The notes beneath the pieces are model-generated. The model was not told the DNA's origin. It did not search any database and saw only the letters and a list, made by a program, of their open reading frames with translations. The translations under genes and the position numbers were made by a program. Shown here piece by piece: positions 18,930-29,186 of a stretch of DNA of 64,000 bases. This DNA comes from Candidatus Obscuribacteraceae bacterium (GTDB lineage Bacteria; Cyanobacteriota; Vampirovibrionia; Obscuribacterales; Obscuribacteraceae). The stretch covers positions 125,462 through 189,461 of the forward strand of contig JBGASG010000010.1 of assembly GCA_044229845.1 (NCBI GenBank), read 5' to 3'. Position 1 is the stretch's first letter. The number at the start of each line of letters is the position of its first letter.

Positions 18930-20651
18930 ATGCAAACTATCGTTCAAACACCGAGTGGACTTGTTGCAGCTAGCAACTCGTCAAATGCACCAACAGGTCG
19001 GAGACACATCAACTGCCTAACCTCACTCCGAATTTTCCCTGCCATCATTGTGATTCTCTTTCACGCCGGGGAACACTTCCCGTGCATACGCGGGTGCTTG
19101 AATCACGTTGCTGTCACTCAAGTAATGAGTTTCTTCTTTGTACTTTCAGGTTTCATTCTGACCCTGAATTACCCCCGAATTGATGGCTTCAAAGCGACCA
19201 TGTCCTTCTATGTCGCGCGTGTCGCTCGCGTATGGCCTGCGCACGTAATCTGTCTGCTCCTACTCATCGGGCTGATTCCTGAAGCCTTCAAGCTCACTTC
19301 GGCATCTCTTCCGAAGTTTCTCGCCAATATCACACTCACACATGCTTGGTGGCCAAACTGGCAATACTACTTTTCGTTCAACGCTCCTTCCTGGAGCAAC
19401 TCCACTGACATGGTGTTGTACTTAGCCTTCCCTCTCTTGCTCGTCGGTTTAAGCAACAGCAAGAAGCGTTGGTTGGTGGCGGCGACAGTTATTGGTTTGA
19501 CGGCTACCGCGATAGCGGTCTGTAATGTCCTGCACTTGCCTGAATTCTCGCCAACTGACCCTTCGAGTCAGGGGATATTGTATGTTCAACCACTAACGCG
19601 CTTGCTCGAATTTGCGATTGGCATGTCAGCCGCCCTCCTATTCACTAAGTGGACTTCAAGATGGGATTTGGGCACAGCAAAGACAACTATTCTTGAGTGT
19701 ACGATTCTAGGTGTGGTGGCATTGTTGAACCTCACGAGTTCCTCCATTAGAGTTGCCTCGGTGCCATTCCTTGGAGAACCTGGTGGATACTGGCTCCAAA
19801 ACAGTGGACTCCCAGTCTTTGGACTCGCCGCGCTATTTATGTGCCTCGCGACCGAGAAGGGATTGATCGCAAAGTCGCTCAACTCAAGAGTTTTTGTGAC
19901 ACTCGGAGAACTCAGCTTTGCTATATACATGTTGCACTCGGTGATGCTGGCTCATCACGGAATCAACAACCCAAAGGCAGACGGACCCAGCGACTTCTTT
20001 CTCTACTTAATTGTGCTGTTGGTAAGTGCGCACCTTTTGTGGAGACTTGCGGAGCGTCCAATGCGAAGAATCATTTTGTCAATCGGCACCTTCTGGCTTA
20101 ACCTTAACTCTTCGAATCGCCAAGTCCACGAAGCTGGAAGTAGGGCGAAGTCCTCGGGCGTCTCAATTTGGCTGATAGCAGAATGCGCACTACTGGTAGT
20201 GCTAATTTACTGCTCCATGCCCACCTTGACCTGCATTTCTAAGGCACAAGCCGAACGCTCAGCTCCTTTGGCGCAAGTCAAGGACATTGCCTACTCCCCG
20301 TTCCTAAAATTGAAGAGTGCCGTGGCCAGAACCTCTGGAAGAAGCTCCACTCTCGAACTGATCTGGGAATCCACAAGATCGCAAAACCCCAACTTTCTAA
20401 TCGTCGCGGACGTACTCGATGCTTCAAAACAAACCATCGGGCACACATCGTACATGCAGGACCTGCGGCTTGTAAGAGTCAATCCTGGAGACTTGTGGAT
20501 TGAGCGCGTCAACATAGGGACTGCTGCTGGGACTGCCGCCAAGTACTTCTCAATAAAGGTGCTACAGCGAAAGCGAAACGTCATAAGCCCTGATACCAGC
20601 GGACAACCCGGCCCCCAACCTCAAACCATACTTGTCCCGATTACCTTCTAA
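18930..20651 (+). CDS. Acyltransferase family 3 (OafA/YrhL-like) with C-terminal soluble domain
   Basis: LTSLR...VILFH, FFVLSGFIL, RVARVWP, NAPSWS, LGELSFAIYMLH, ERPMR. Confidence 0.9.
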   Translation: MQTIVQTPSGLVAASNSSNAPTGRRHINCLTSLRIFPAIIVILFHAGEHFPCIRGCLNHVAVTQVMSFFFVLSGFILTLNYPRIDGFKATMSFYVARVARVWPAHVICLLLLIGLIPEAFKLTSASLPKFLANITLTHAWWPNWQYYFSFNAPSWSNSTDMVLYLAFPLLLVGLSNSKKRWLVAATVIGLTATAIAVCNVLHLPEFSPTDPSSQGILYVQPLTRLLEFAIGMSAALLFTKWTSRWDLGTAKTTILECTILGVVALLNLTSSSIRVASVPFLGEPGGYWLQNSGLPVFGLAALFMCLATEKGLIAKSLNSRVFVTLGELSFAIYMLHSVMLAHHGINNPKADGPSDFFLYLIVLLVSAHLLWRLAERPMRRIILSIGTFWLNLNSSNRQVHEAGSRAKSSGVSIWLIAECALLVVLIYCSMPTLTCISKAQAERSAPLAQVKDIAYSPFLKLKSAVARTSGRSSTLELIWESTRSQNPNFLIVADVLDASKQTIGHTSYMQDLRLVRVNPGDLWIERVNIGTAAGTAAKYFSIKVLQRKRNVISPDTSGQPGPQPQTILVPITF

Positions 20652-20656
20652 TTGCC

Positions 20657-22789
20657 ATGACCAACGACGGAAAAGAGCTTAGGCTCGGTCCTGGAACCGT
20701 AATCGACAATCGATTCGAAATTGTCGCGTTTCTCGGTGCAGGCGGAATGGGCTCGGTCTATCGAGCCAGACAACTGGAATTCAATCGTGATGTCGCAATC
20801 AAATTTCTGCATCGCCGATTTTGCGAGGACGTCTCAGCCGTAAAGAGATTTCAAAGAGAAGCCAAAATCGTTGCCAAGCTTCAGCACAAGAACATACTAA
20901 CGGCATACGCATTTGGAGGTTTCGAAGGACACATCTATTTAGCGACAGAGTTCGTCGGAGGGCGCTCGCTCGGGGCAATGATCCACGAACGGGGTCCAAT
21001 TCCACCCGAGCAAGCACTTCCGCTGTTAGTGGACATCTGTGATGCGATGCAGTACGCGCACCAACAAGACGTTTTGCACCGAGATCTGAAACCAGACAAT
21101 GTACTAATCGTTGCTGAGCCCGGTAAATCTGCCACGGCAAAGGTGCTGGACTTCGGTCTTTCCAAACTACTTGGGTCGAATAATGCAGGAAAACTGACAC
21201 GGACGGGAGAAGTAGTTGGAGACCCCCGCTACATGAGCCCGGAACAATGCCAAGGACAAAGGTTGGACGAAAGATCCGATATCTACTCGTTTGGTTGCCT
21301 GATGTATGAGGTTCTTTCTGGAGTGTGGCCTTTCGAAAGAGATGATGCTGTGGCAATCATGCAGTGTCACCTTTCGCACCAACCAGAATCGTTTGCTCGT
21401 CGCTTGGGATTGCCGTTGGCGCTGGAGGCGATCTGTTTCACGGCAATGTCCAAAAGGCCCAACGACAGATTTGAGTCATTTGACGCGTTGAGCAAACACC
21501 TGAAAGACGTTCTGGCAAATCCCAATCTGACCATAGCAATGCCATCAAGGCACGGAGCGAGACCCAAGCTAGCAATTCGGCCATTAGCACTGGCTTCAGT
21601 GCTAATTTCGATAGTGGCGGGAATCGCCTTGCTGGCATTTGCACCCCCGGACATATGGCTCGCCCGCATACAAAATGCTCTACCCACAGACACTAAAACC
21701 AACTTGGAAAATTCCCTCAAGCTCGCCGCATTCCACTTCGGAAGAGGCGACCTAGAAGAGTCTGCTAGCTTGTACACGAGCGCACAGCATTTAGCAGAAG
21801 AGCTACGAAACGATGAAGCCTCCCTGCTGAGTACATCAGGTTTGGTGTCGGTGCGTGTTCAACAGCACGACGACAAGGAGGTCGTTTCCACTTGCGAACT
21901 GCTGCTTGCTGAGGGAGTGCAGCTTTTGAAAGGACCTGGCGCGCCAGCAGAAACTGCAAACAGTGCCATCAGAAATGGAGTATCCGAGCTAATAAGGCTG
22001 AATCCGAGTGAAGCATTGCCACTCTCCCGTGAGCTTGCCGATCTATACAAAGCTCGAAAATTGAATGGTGATGCAAGAAAGATACTGGAACTGATCGCAC
22101 CAGTCGGCGGAGACGTGGAGCGAGCCAACAACTATTTCGCGCTTGGACAACTCGCTCTTCAGGATGCCGACAAGACGGCTGCGGCCTCGTACTTCGACCG
22201 GGCTATCTCTACCGCTCCTGGAGGCTCTTATAGAATGTTAATCATGCAGCTAGTCGGCTCCGCACTGATGACAGCCGGCGACTTCAAAAGTGCTTTGGAA
22301 TATTGGAAAAAATTGGAAGTCGATGTAAAAGGAAAAGCGTATCCCGGGCGTTCTCAGCTGTACATGTGCATGGGTGACTGCTACGCAAACCTTCATGAAC
22401 TTCCGCCGGCAAGGGATTTCTATAGCGCTGCGGTTTCTATTGAGGAGCAAAAGCAAACTCCCTCTTACGCCATTCTTGTTCCCAGCGTTCATGGTGCGGG
22501 GCTGAGTGAATTCGCTCTTGCTGACTTTGCAAGCGCCGAGCAGTCTTTCAAAAAAGAGATTCAAATACTGGAGAGTCAGCCCTCGAAAGACGAGAGGCAG
22601 CTCATACAGGCAATGTCAATGCTCGGTGACTCTCTGACTTTTCAAAAGCGGGAGCAAGATGCCCATACACAATTTGAACGAGCTCTAGAATTGATTCAAA
22701 ATTCGAGAGCCGGAGCTGGACTCGAATCAATTCGTCAAAGTTTGGTTCAGAAGCTGGCACGAACCAGCGCCACCAGCGCTGGACACTGA
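20657..22789 (+). CDS. Ser/Thr protein kinase with TM and TPR repeats
   Basis: GAGGMG, VAIK, HRDLKPDN, DFG, GDPRYMSPEQ; TPR-like repeats after the TM. Confidence 0.93.
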   Translation: MTNDGKELRLGPGTVIDNRFEIVAFLGAGGMGSVYRARQLEFNRDVAIKFLHRRFCEDVSAVKRFQREAKIVAKLQHKNILTAYAFGGFEGHIYLATEFVGGRSLGAMIHERGPIPPEQALPLLVDICDAMQYAHQQDVLHRDLKPDNVLIVAEPGKSATAKVLDFGLSKLLGSNNAGKLTRTGEVVGDPRYMSPEQCQGQRLDERSDIYSFGCLMYEVLSGVWPFERDDAVAIMQCHLSHQPESFARRLGLPLALEAICFTAMSKRPNDRFESFDALSKHLKDVLANPNLTIAMPSRHGARPKLAIRPLALASVLISIVAGIALLAFAPPDIWLARIQNALPTDTKTNLENSLKLAAFHFGRGDLEESASLYTSAQHLAEELRNDEASLLSTSGLVSVRVQQHDDKEVVSTCELLLAEGVQLLKGPGAPAETANSAIRNGVSELIRLNPSEALPLSRELADLYKARKLNGDARKILELIAPVGGDVERANNYFALGQLALQDADKTAAASYFDRAISTAPGGSYRMLIMQLVGSALMTAGDFKSALEYWKKLEVDVKGKAYPGRSQLYMCMGDCYANLHELPPARDFYSAAVSIEEQKQTPSYAILVPSVHGAGLSEFALADFASAEQSFKKEIQILESQPSKDERQLIQAMSMLGDSLTFQKREQDAHTQFERALELIQNSRAGAGLESIRQSLVQKLARTSATSAGH

Positions 22790-22795
22790 GAATTC

Positions 22796-25165
22796 TCAGT
22801 GCCCCGGAGAATCGCCGCTCCTGATGAGATTTGGCATGTATTTTTTTTCAATGTCGTGCCAGCTTGACTCTGCCTGTCCCGCGCGTCTAGCTGCCGCATG
22901 TGCATCTCTGCAATGCTTATCATCGTACTGAGCTTCAGCGTCGTGAAGCAGCGGAGAACGGTCGATAATCAACGCTCTCTCATACACCCTCGCAGCATCC
23001 GCCCACCTGCCTAGCTTAGTCATCGATACGGCTAGCGAGCGCAGAGAGTAGAGTTGCTGATGCGCCAACTCGACTGCCTCCTTCTGATTCGCTGCCACTG
23101 ATGACATAGCCACCAGAATCTCATATCGATGAGCGAAGGTTTTCGACGCAGTATCGAACTGCCCCGTGTTGACTTGGGAATTCCCCAGTGCCAAAAGCAA
23201 CTTTACCAGGTAAGGATTCGCTTCCGCCTCGGGATGCTCCGTTTTCTTCCAGGCTGCCATCGCCGCTTCGAATGCTTGCCGAGCCTCCAAAGCATGCCCT
23301 TGCTTCACCAAGATATCGCCTTTAGTGTTGAAGATTGCCACTTCGCTCAAATAGCTTTTCTGCGCAGACCTATTTGCAAATCCTGCAGCCTGATTCGCAT
23401 ACTTCAGAGCTTGATCATATTTTCCGGCATTGAGAAACAGCGCAGCAGCATTGTTGCAGACGCTGGCACGCGCATTATCGGTCTTGCTTAAACTAATGGC
23501 TTCATCTAAATAGCTTTGAGCGTTTGGAAAGTTTCCTTGACTAACGTCAACGGCGGCGTGATTGTATAAGTACCGAAGAGCAAGCTCCTCACTCTTCGGA
23601 GTGGTCGTGATCAGGCTCAACAGCTTTTGCGCTTTCAAATTTTGTTGGCGATTTTTATACACTTCGACAAGTGGAACAATCTCATTCTCGACGCTCTCAC
23701 CAGATGCGATGGCAGCTTTTGCCGCAAGAACTCTTTGCAGTCGCGTGTCCACGATATCGCTAGCGAGGCCAGTTTTTACCAATTGCGTCCCGTGCTTTAT
23801 TACTTGATTTGCTGCTGTCCAGTTATCATCCAGCTTGTTCTTATTCACATATTCGGCAGCTTCGTACCACGAGTTGAATTTGTCGATTTCTTGCTTGTTT
23901 TGCTCAGGAAGTTCTGCAATTTCGGCCAAAGCTGTCAGATGCGGCAGAACCTCCGTTCTCCGCTGATGCTTGTCGAGAACGGTAGCCAATTTGCGGTGCG
24001 CTTCAATCGCTTGCTCGAGTGTCGAGTTTTGCTTGTCGGCAACAACTTTGTTGTAGTAATCGATTTGCAGATTGTCGAAGTTGACGTAAAGCCATCCGGC
24101 TCCCGCCGCAGCAAGCAACACTGCCACCAGAATACCGATGTGCATCTTGGTGTAATGCCGCCGTTTCCTCGCAGGCTTTTGCTGGCTGATGCGCACGACA
24201 GTGGTGCTGTTGCGATTGATGCTGGCGAGTGCTCCAACCACTTCGTTCATTGTTTGAAAGCGGTTGTCCGGATCCTTCTCCAGACACTTAGCGATGATTC
24301 GCTCCAGATCAAGCGATACCTCCTGCCCCGGCATGGCTTCCGAGAGAAGCGGCGGTTTCTCCTGCAATTGCAGATACATGGTGGCAAGCGGCGTCTCACC
24401 TTCAAGAGGCGGATCGCCGACAATTATCTCGAACATCACACTGCCGAATGAATAGATGTCCGACCGCGCATCCAGCGGTCGCCCCGTGCACTGCTCCGGG
24501 CTCATGTAGGCAGGCGTTCCAAACACTGCGCCGGCACGCGTCAACTGCTGAACCTGCTCGCCTTCGTGGGGCATCAATTTTGCGATACCGAAGTCGACCA
24601 GTTTTACAACATCATCTTCGGCGCTTTCAAATTCGTGCACCAGCATGATGTTGCTCGGTTTGAGATCGCGGTGAACGATGCCCTGTGAGTGCGCATGTTC
24701 CAGAGCTGCTGCGGTTTGCCTGAAGATCGGCAAAGCCCGATCGACCGGCACGCGTTTGTCCTCACGAAGTATCTCGTCAAGACTGATGCCCTCGAGATAA
24801 TCCATCACCAGATACACGCCCAGCTCCGAAGCGTTGAATGCGTAGACCTGAATGATGTTGGGATGCTTGAGTTGGCTGATTGCTTTCGCTTCGTACTGGA
24901 AGCGTTGCAGCGCCTCGTGCGATGCGACGCTTCCTTTGAGCAGCATCTTCACAGCCACGATGCGGTCGAGGAAAAGATCTTTCGCTTTGTAGACGACGCT
25001 CATGCCGCCCTTGCCGAGCAGCGAGATTATCTCGTATCGCTCGTCGATTGTGGACCCAACTTGACCAAGAATGTCTTGCTCAGACTGACGCTGACCATCA
25101 GCCCGGGTAACATCTTGTTCTTGATCGGAAATCGACGTCATGTCGGTTGGTTCCTCGGGATCCAC
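22796..25165 (-). CDS. Ser/Thr protein kinase with TM and TPR repeats
   Basis: GKGGMS, VAVK, HRDLKPSN, DFG, GTPAYMSPEQ; TM IGILVAVLLAAAGAGWLY. Confidence 0.93.
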   Translation of the reverse strand: MDPEEPTDMTSISDQEQDVTRADGQRQSEQDILGQVGSTIDERYEIISLLGKGGMSVVYKAKDLFLDRIVAVKMLLKGSVASHEALQRFQYEAKAISQLKHPNIIQVYAFNASELGVYLVMDYLEGISLDEILREDKRVPVDRALPIFRQTAAALEHAHSQGIVHRDLKPSNIMLVHEFESAEDDVVKLVDFGIAKLMPHEGEQVQQLTRAGAVFGTPAYMSPEQCTGRPLDARSDIYSFGSVMFEIIVGDPPLEGETPLATMYLQLQEKPPLLSEAMPGQEVSLDLERIIAKCLEKDPDNRFQTMNEVVGALASINRNSTTVVRISQQKPARKRRHYTKMHIGILVAVLLAAAGAGWLYVNFDNLQIDYYNKVVADKQNSTLEQAIEAHRKLATVLDKHQRRTEVLPHLTALAEIAELPEQNKQEIDKFNSWYEAAEYVNKNKLDDNWTAANQVIKHGTQLVKTGLASDIVDTRLQRVLAAKAAIASGESVENEIVPLVEVYKNRQQNLKAQKLLSLITTTPKSEELALRYLYNHAAVDVSQGNFPNAQSYLDEAISLSKTDNARASVCNNAAALFLNAGKYDQALKYANQAAGFANRSAQKSYLSEVAIFNTKGDILVKQGHALEARQAFEAAMAAWKKTEHPEAEANPYLVKLLLALGNSQVNTGQFDTASKTFAHRYEILVAMSSVAANQKEAVELAHQQLYSLRSLAVSMTKLGRWADAARVYERALIIDRSPLLHDAEAQYDDKHCRDAHAAARRAGQAESSWHDIEKKYMPNLIRSGDSPGH

Positions 25166-25543
25166 TTTAGCCGTTCCCCAAACGTAGCGCTGTCCAGCAT
25201 CGCCCGCGGTGCCAGCTGCATGGTACCGGCCATGATGCCCAAAAGCAACAGCCGCACCGTGAACAGATGGCTAGGTTATCAGCCACCAGCTATGTTCACC
25301 GCACTGCAATGGCTGGAGCGGGCTCCAGCACTTCCTCTTCCAATCTTCACTCCTGCGGACCCAACCCTAGCAACCCGGGTCCTTAGCATGAGGAGTTAAA
25401 TCCACTATGCCAGCTCGGAGTCAATTTGGCAATTGGAAAGCGACCAGCCGTGTCGTTTGCGAGTTTCACCACTGCGCAATTCGCGACTTTATCAGAACAA
25501 CCGGGCACAATAGAAACAGATTCAGAGCGCAGGAGAGTTGCGC

Positions 25544-26902
25544 ATGCCGCAAATCGAAACTGGTGACTCAGAAAAGAAGCGCGATAGTCGAGACAGCGAC
25601 CATGTTGTTACTTCACACAAGGTCGCTGGAGAAAGCATCAGTGGCGAGCCGATGGCTCCCGCCTACGAGCCGAAGTTCAAGTCATTCTCGAGCGTAGCCA
25701 AGCAAGGTGTCGATCAGGTTTTGCACACTGTATCCCAGTTTTGCATTGAGGACAAGGAGCAAGGCAAGCTCATAACCGCCAATGGTGAAAAGTCAGCTTG
25801 GGAGCCAAGACCGTCGTTTATGGAGGGACTCAGGCAAGCAGTCCAGGGGCGTTCAAGAAACGAGGCAGAACTCCGCCAAGCGGAGTTTTCCATTGCGTAC
25901 ATGACTAGAAAGGCCGCTCAATTCTTCCAGGATGCTTCTAGCGACCTTGTAGATGGACTCAAACGATGCTTTGGACAGGAAAGCTCTAGCGAAAAGATGA
26001 CTGAGAGCCAGGAGTCAGCTTCTGACCGAGGTGAACCAGCTGTTCCCGCCGCCGAGCAGAGTACACCTACGCCGTCAGGAATAACTGATCAATCTCTGAC
26101 TGGAATTTCTGAAACTCCGAGCGTCCCAAATCAGGCTGCTCAGAGCGAATCTAGTCATCAAAACCCAGACGGGATGCGGCAAGCTGACTTGCGCGACACC
26201 GTCGATGGCGTCCTAATTGCTCAAGAACCTTCGCAAACTGGCAGTAACTGGCTGAACGAAAAATGGATTCAGGGTGAAGCCAGGAAACTGCTGGACGTGA
26301 CAAAGCAAGTGAAAGACAAGTACCTTTATGAAGAAAGTGGAAGTCTTCATCAAGTGCACAGCGTGCCCGAAGCGGTCATCTCCAACTACAGAGCTCTGCT
26401 GAACTCGCCAAAGCGCGACCAGGGTGAATTTCACACCGCGATCGCCCGCAAGCATGAAGACGGGAAGCCCGATATGCTGATGGCTTCGCCGACCTTCTTC
26501 ACGCATGGAACCAAATTGCTTATTCCGGACCGAACCCCAGACCGAAAACTGCGATTACTGCCTTACGAGCTTCATCTGTCCCCCGATATTCAGTCATTCG
26601 GCAAGGACTTCAAAGTTGAGACTTTGATGCACACGCATCCACACACCTCGGATAAGGAGCTGGATCCCAACTCTTTTAGCGGCCCCGACAAGGATCAAGC
26701 TGACTCATTCCAGAACCAAACCTCGACGACTGTCAGAAGTTTCCTGCTTACACCAGACAACAAGCTTTTGGTCTATGTGCCCAGAGAGAAACAAGCCAAC
26801 CCAAGTGGGGAGGAAGTTGGCGTCTTTCTACCGGACGGGTCCTTCAAGATTACCAATGAGAGATACAAGAAAGAATTCTCGCCCTTCTCCAAAGCAAACT
26901 AA
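25544..26902 (+). CDS. Array effector A1: shared N-terminal region plus C-terminal JAB/MPN-like (DUF4329/Tox-JAB-type) domain
   Basis: ATG 25544 after AGGAG; N-terminus homologous to A2/A3; C-terminal YEESG...HTHP...FSGPD...FLLTPDNKLLVYVP. Confidence 0.75.
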   Translation: MPQIETGDSEKKRDSRDSDHVVTSHKVAGESISGEPMAPAYEPKFKSFSSVAKQGVDQVLHTVSQFCIEDKEQGKLITANGEKSAWEPRPSFMEGLRQAVQGRSRNEAELRQAEFSIAYMTRKAAQFFQDASSDLVDGLKRCFGQESSSEKMTESQESASDRGEPAVPAAEQSTPTPSGITDQSLTGISETPSVPNQAAQSESSHQNPDGMRQADLRDTVDGVLIAQEPSQTGSNWLNEKWIQGEARKLLDVTKQVKDKYLYEESGSLHQVHSVPEAVISNYRALLNSPKRDQGEFHTAIARKHEDGKPDMLMASPTFFTHGTKLLIPDRTPDRKLRLLPYELHLSPDIQSFGKDFKVETLMHTHPHTSDKELDPNSFSGPDKDQADSFQNQTSTTVRSFLLTPDNKLLVYVPREKQANPSGEEVGVFLPDGSFKITNERYKKEFSPFSKAN

Positions 26903-26950
26903 TTCTACTGGAGACATCACCTGTATTTTCGAGAGCCTATCGATTGGTAC

Positions 26951-27448
26951 ATGCTGGTCTGTGTCGTGCTGTCCCTTGCGCTGTGCAGGGATTGCTGCTT
27001 CCTGATGGCCGTTGGTTTTTTCTCTCTGGCATCCAAGGCTTGTACTCTTCTGCTTTTTGGAAAAAGGTCGCAAATCAATCCTTGGGCGGTTCGATTTGCA
27101 ATTGGTCTTTTGCTGGGCGCCTGCAATGCGGCTGCGGTCGATCGACTTCTATGCCTGTGGGCGGACTTTGGGAAATTTGCTCATTTAGACGCTCTTGACG
27201 CCTACTTAGGATCGCTTACAAATCTTCTTCCCGCAGCGCTCGTCGAAGTGTTTCTAATATCGGTGGTTCCATTCGTCGTGTGGTGCGTGTTGGTCGGGTC
27301 CGATTTGTTAATCTTAGCCTTGCTTCGGAGATGTTCGTTTAGGCTCGTGTCTGCACTTTGCCTGATAAATCTGCCCCTCACCCTCTGGGTGGTGACAATA
27401 TTGGTCTGGGTACCCATGCATGGACATCGAGTATCCACCTATGACTGA
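26951..27448 (+). CDS. Array partner B1: small multi-TM membrane protein, candidate immunity protein
   Basis: About 4 hydrophobic segments; directly downstream of A1; possible upstream in-frame CTG start at 26921 behind GGAG. Confidence 0.55.
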   Translation: MLVCVVLSLALCRDCCFLMAVGFFSLASKACTLLLFGKRSQINPWAVRFAIGLLLGACNAAAVDRLLCLWADFGKFAHLDALDAYLGSLTNLLPAALVEVFLISVVPFVVWCVLVGSDLLILALLRRCSFRLVSALCLINLPLTLWVVTILVWVPMHGHRVSTYD

Positions 27449-27584
27449 GATACAGTTCGTATCCGCTCCCAGCAAGCATCGGACACACAGGCAAAGAAAG
27501 AGTTCTGCGAGGCCCGGATCGCTCCAGTGTCACCGCATGCGGTATCACGCGGATCGGCAAACACCGGCAGACAGAGAGCAAAGC

Positions 27585-27923
27585 ATCAATGCGGCAAAGC
27601 ACACGTTAAGTGCAGACGCCTGCAAATCTCAACCACAAAAGATTCGTTTCCTCATCCGCCATCGCCGCCCCCGATGGCTCCACTCGCACACCGCGTCGGC
27701 CAGATCAACTAGATCATCCGGGACGGAGAAAGCCCGAACTGGGGCTGGGGTGAGCAGATTACCAGGAATGTAGGCTATCCACGTATCGACCGGCGGAAGA
27801 CATATCGCACCAGAATACGGGTTGATGAAAGGGCTGAGACAGGCTGAGCCCGGTTCGGCAATTTGCTCCAAGCCGGCTCCCTACAAACATCGGGATCTGG
27901 CGCCAATCTATAGATTCCAGTTC
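27585..27923 (-). pseudogene. Deleted remnant of gene X (32265..32936) and its upstream region
   Basis: Encodes PPVDTWIAYI and VPDDLVDLADA as in X; lacks about 370 bp of internal sequence and the RBS/ATG segment. Confidence 0.85.
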
Positions 27924-28013
27924 GCGAGTTCACCAATGGGCACTTCGCGACATTATCAGAACAACCGGGCACAATAGAGATAGGGACAGATTCACAGTGC
28001 AGGAGAGTTGCGC

Positions 28014-29186
28014 ATGCCGCAAATCGAAACTGGTGACTCCGGAAAGACGCGCGACAGTCGAGATGTCGACCATGTTACTTCACACAAGGTCGCTGGAGAA
28101 AGCATCAGCGGTGAGCCGATGGCGCCCGCCTACGAGCCGAAGTTCAAGTCATTCTCTGGTATAGCCAAGCAAGGCGTAGACCAGGTTTTGCACACTGTGT
28201 CCCAGTTCTGCATTGAGGACAAGGAGCAAGGCAAGCTCATAACGGCCACTGGAGAAAAGCCAGCATACGAGCCAAGACCCTCATTCCTGGAAGGATTGAA
28301 GCAAGCGGTACAGGGGCATTCGAAGGAAGAGGCTGACCGTCTTCAAGCTGAATTCTCGATCGCTTACATGACCAGAAAGGCGACTCAATTCTTTCAAGAT
28401 GCCTCGGGCAGCATCGTTAGCGGATTTCAGCGATGCGTAGGTTTGGATGACTCAAATCAGAAAAATTCAGTAAAGCAAAACCTGGGCCTCGATCAGGAAA
28501 CTGGACAGCAAACGATAACCATCGGCAAGAGAACATATCCAGCGTCTGACATAACCGGCCAATCTCTGGCGCAGATGTCTGATGTCCCAAATCAAACAGT
28601 GCCCGACGAATTGGAACATCGCAAGTTCGACTCCGGTGGAAAATGGATTTCAGCTTACCAAATTGATTACTCTGGGAAGAAGCCATTTTCGGGTGCGCCA
28701 GATGATGTCTTTGTGATCACAGCCGAGGGCCATCCGGGAAAACTGATGAAAGAGAGTCGACTTTGGGTTTTGGATGGCGAGCGGCTAAGCCTCCACACCC
28801 TTTCCGCGCTTGTTGTACACCTGCCAGAGCGGCGCTTTTTTCCATCGGGGCGACGTCTGTTGCTTGTGAATGCATGCAAGAGCGGAAAGTCTGTCGAAAG
28901 TTCAGGCGATGAAATGATCGAGCCAGGAATCTCGGGACGAAGTGCTGCAGCTCAGTTGGCAGTATTGTCCGACAGTTGGACTATTGGCGCGGCCGGTGAT
29001 ATCAATTCAGATACTGGTGAGGTTTACACGATAGGAAACCTGGGGCAACACGTTCCATCGAAATGGATATTATTCGATCCCAAAGGAATCCCTCGCTTGG
29101 AATTCGGCGCAAAAATGACAGAGGAAGATTGGCAAAGAGCCGAATCTCTGTCCCGAAAGAAGTTGGACTGGGCGGAGCAGCGCTAA
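28014..29186 (+). CDS. Array effector A2: shared N-terminal region plus caspase/C80-like cysteine-peptidase-type domain
   Basis: VFVITAEGHPG...LLLVNACKSG...AAAQLA...KWILFDP pattern; ATG 28014 after AGGAG. Confidence 0.7.
   Translation: MPQIETGDSGKTRDSRDVDHVTSHKVAGESISGEPMAPAYEPKFKSFSGIAKQGVDQVLHTVSQFCIEDKEQGKLITATGEKPAYEPRPSFLEGLKQAVQGHSKEEADRLQAEFSIAYMTRKATQFFQDASGSIVSGFQRCVGLDDSNQKNSVKQNLGLDQETGQQTITIGKRTYPASDITGQSLAQMSDVPNQTVPDELEHRKFDSGGKWISAYQIDYSGKKPFSGAPDDVFVITAEGHPGKLMKESRLWVLDGERLSLHTLSALVVHLPERRFFPSGRRLLLVNACKSGKSVESSGDEMIEPGISGRSAAAQLAVLSDSWTIGAAGDINSDTGEVYTIGNLGQHVPSKWILFDPKGIPRLEFGAKMTEEDWQRAESLSRKKLDWAEQR

Noticed and set aside
24689..25399. 236-aa plus-strand ORF upstream of the array
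   Set aside because: Mostly antisense to the kinase 22796..25165, with no recognisable motifs.
27420..27773. 117-aa ORF after B1
   Set aside because: Composition is not protein-like; it runs through the B-tail relic and the antisense X remnant.
27775..27972. 65-aa ORF repeated identically at 30096..30293 as a small protein gene
   Set aside because: It lies across the gene X remnant and the antisense effector leader; the identity is explained by the DNA duplication.
27608..28337. Insertion sequence or MITE as the repeated element
   Set aside because: No transposase, terminal inverted repeats or target duplications; the sequence is accounted for by gene X and the effector 5' end.
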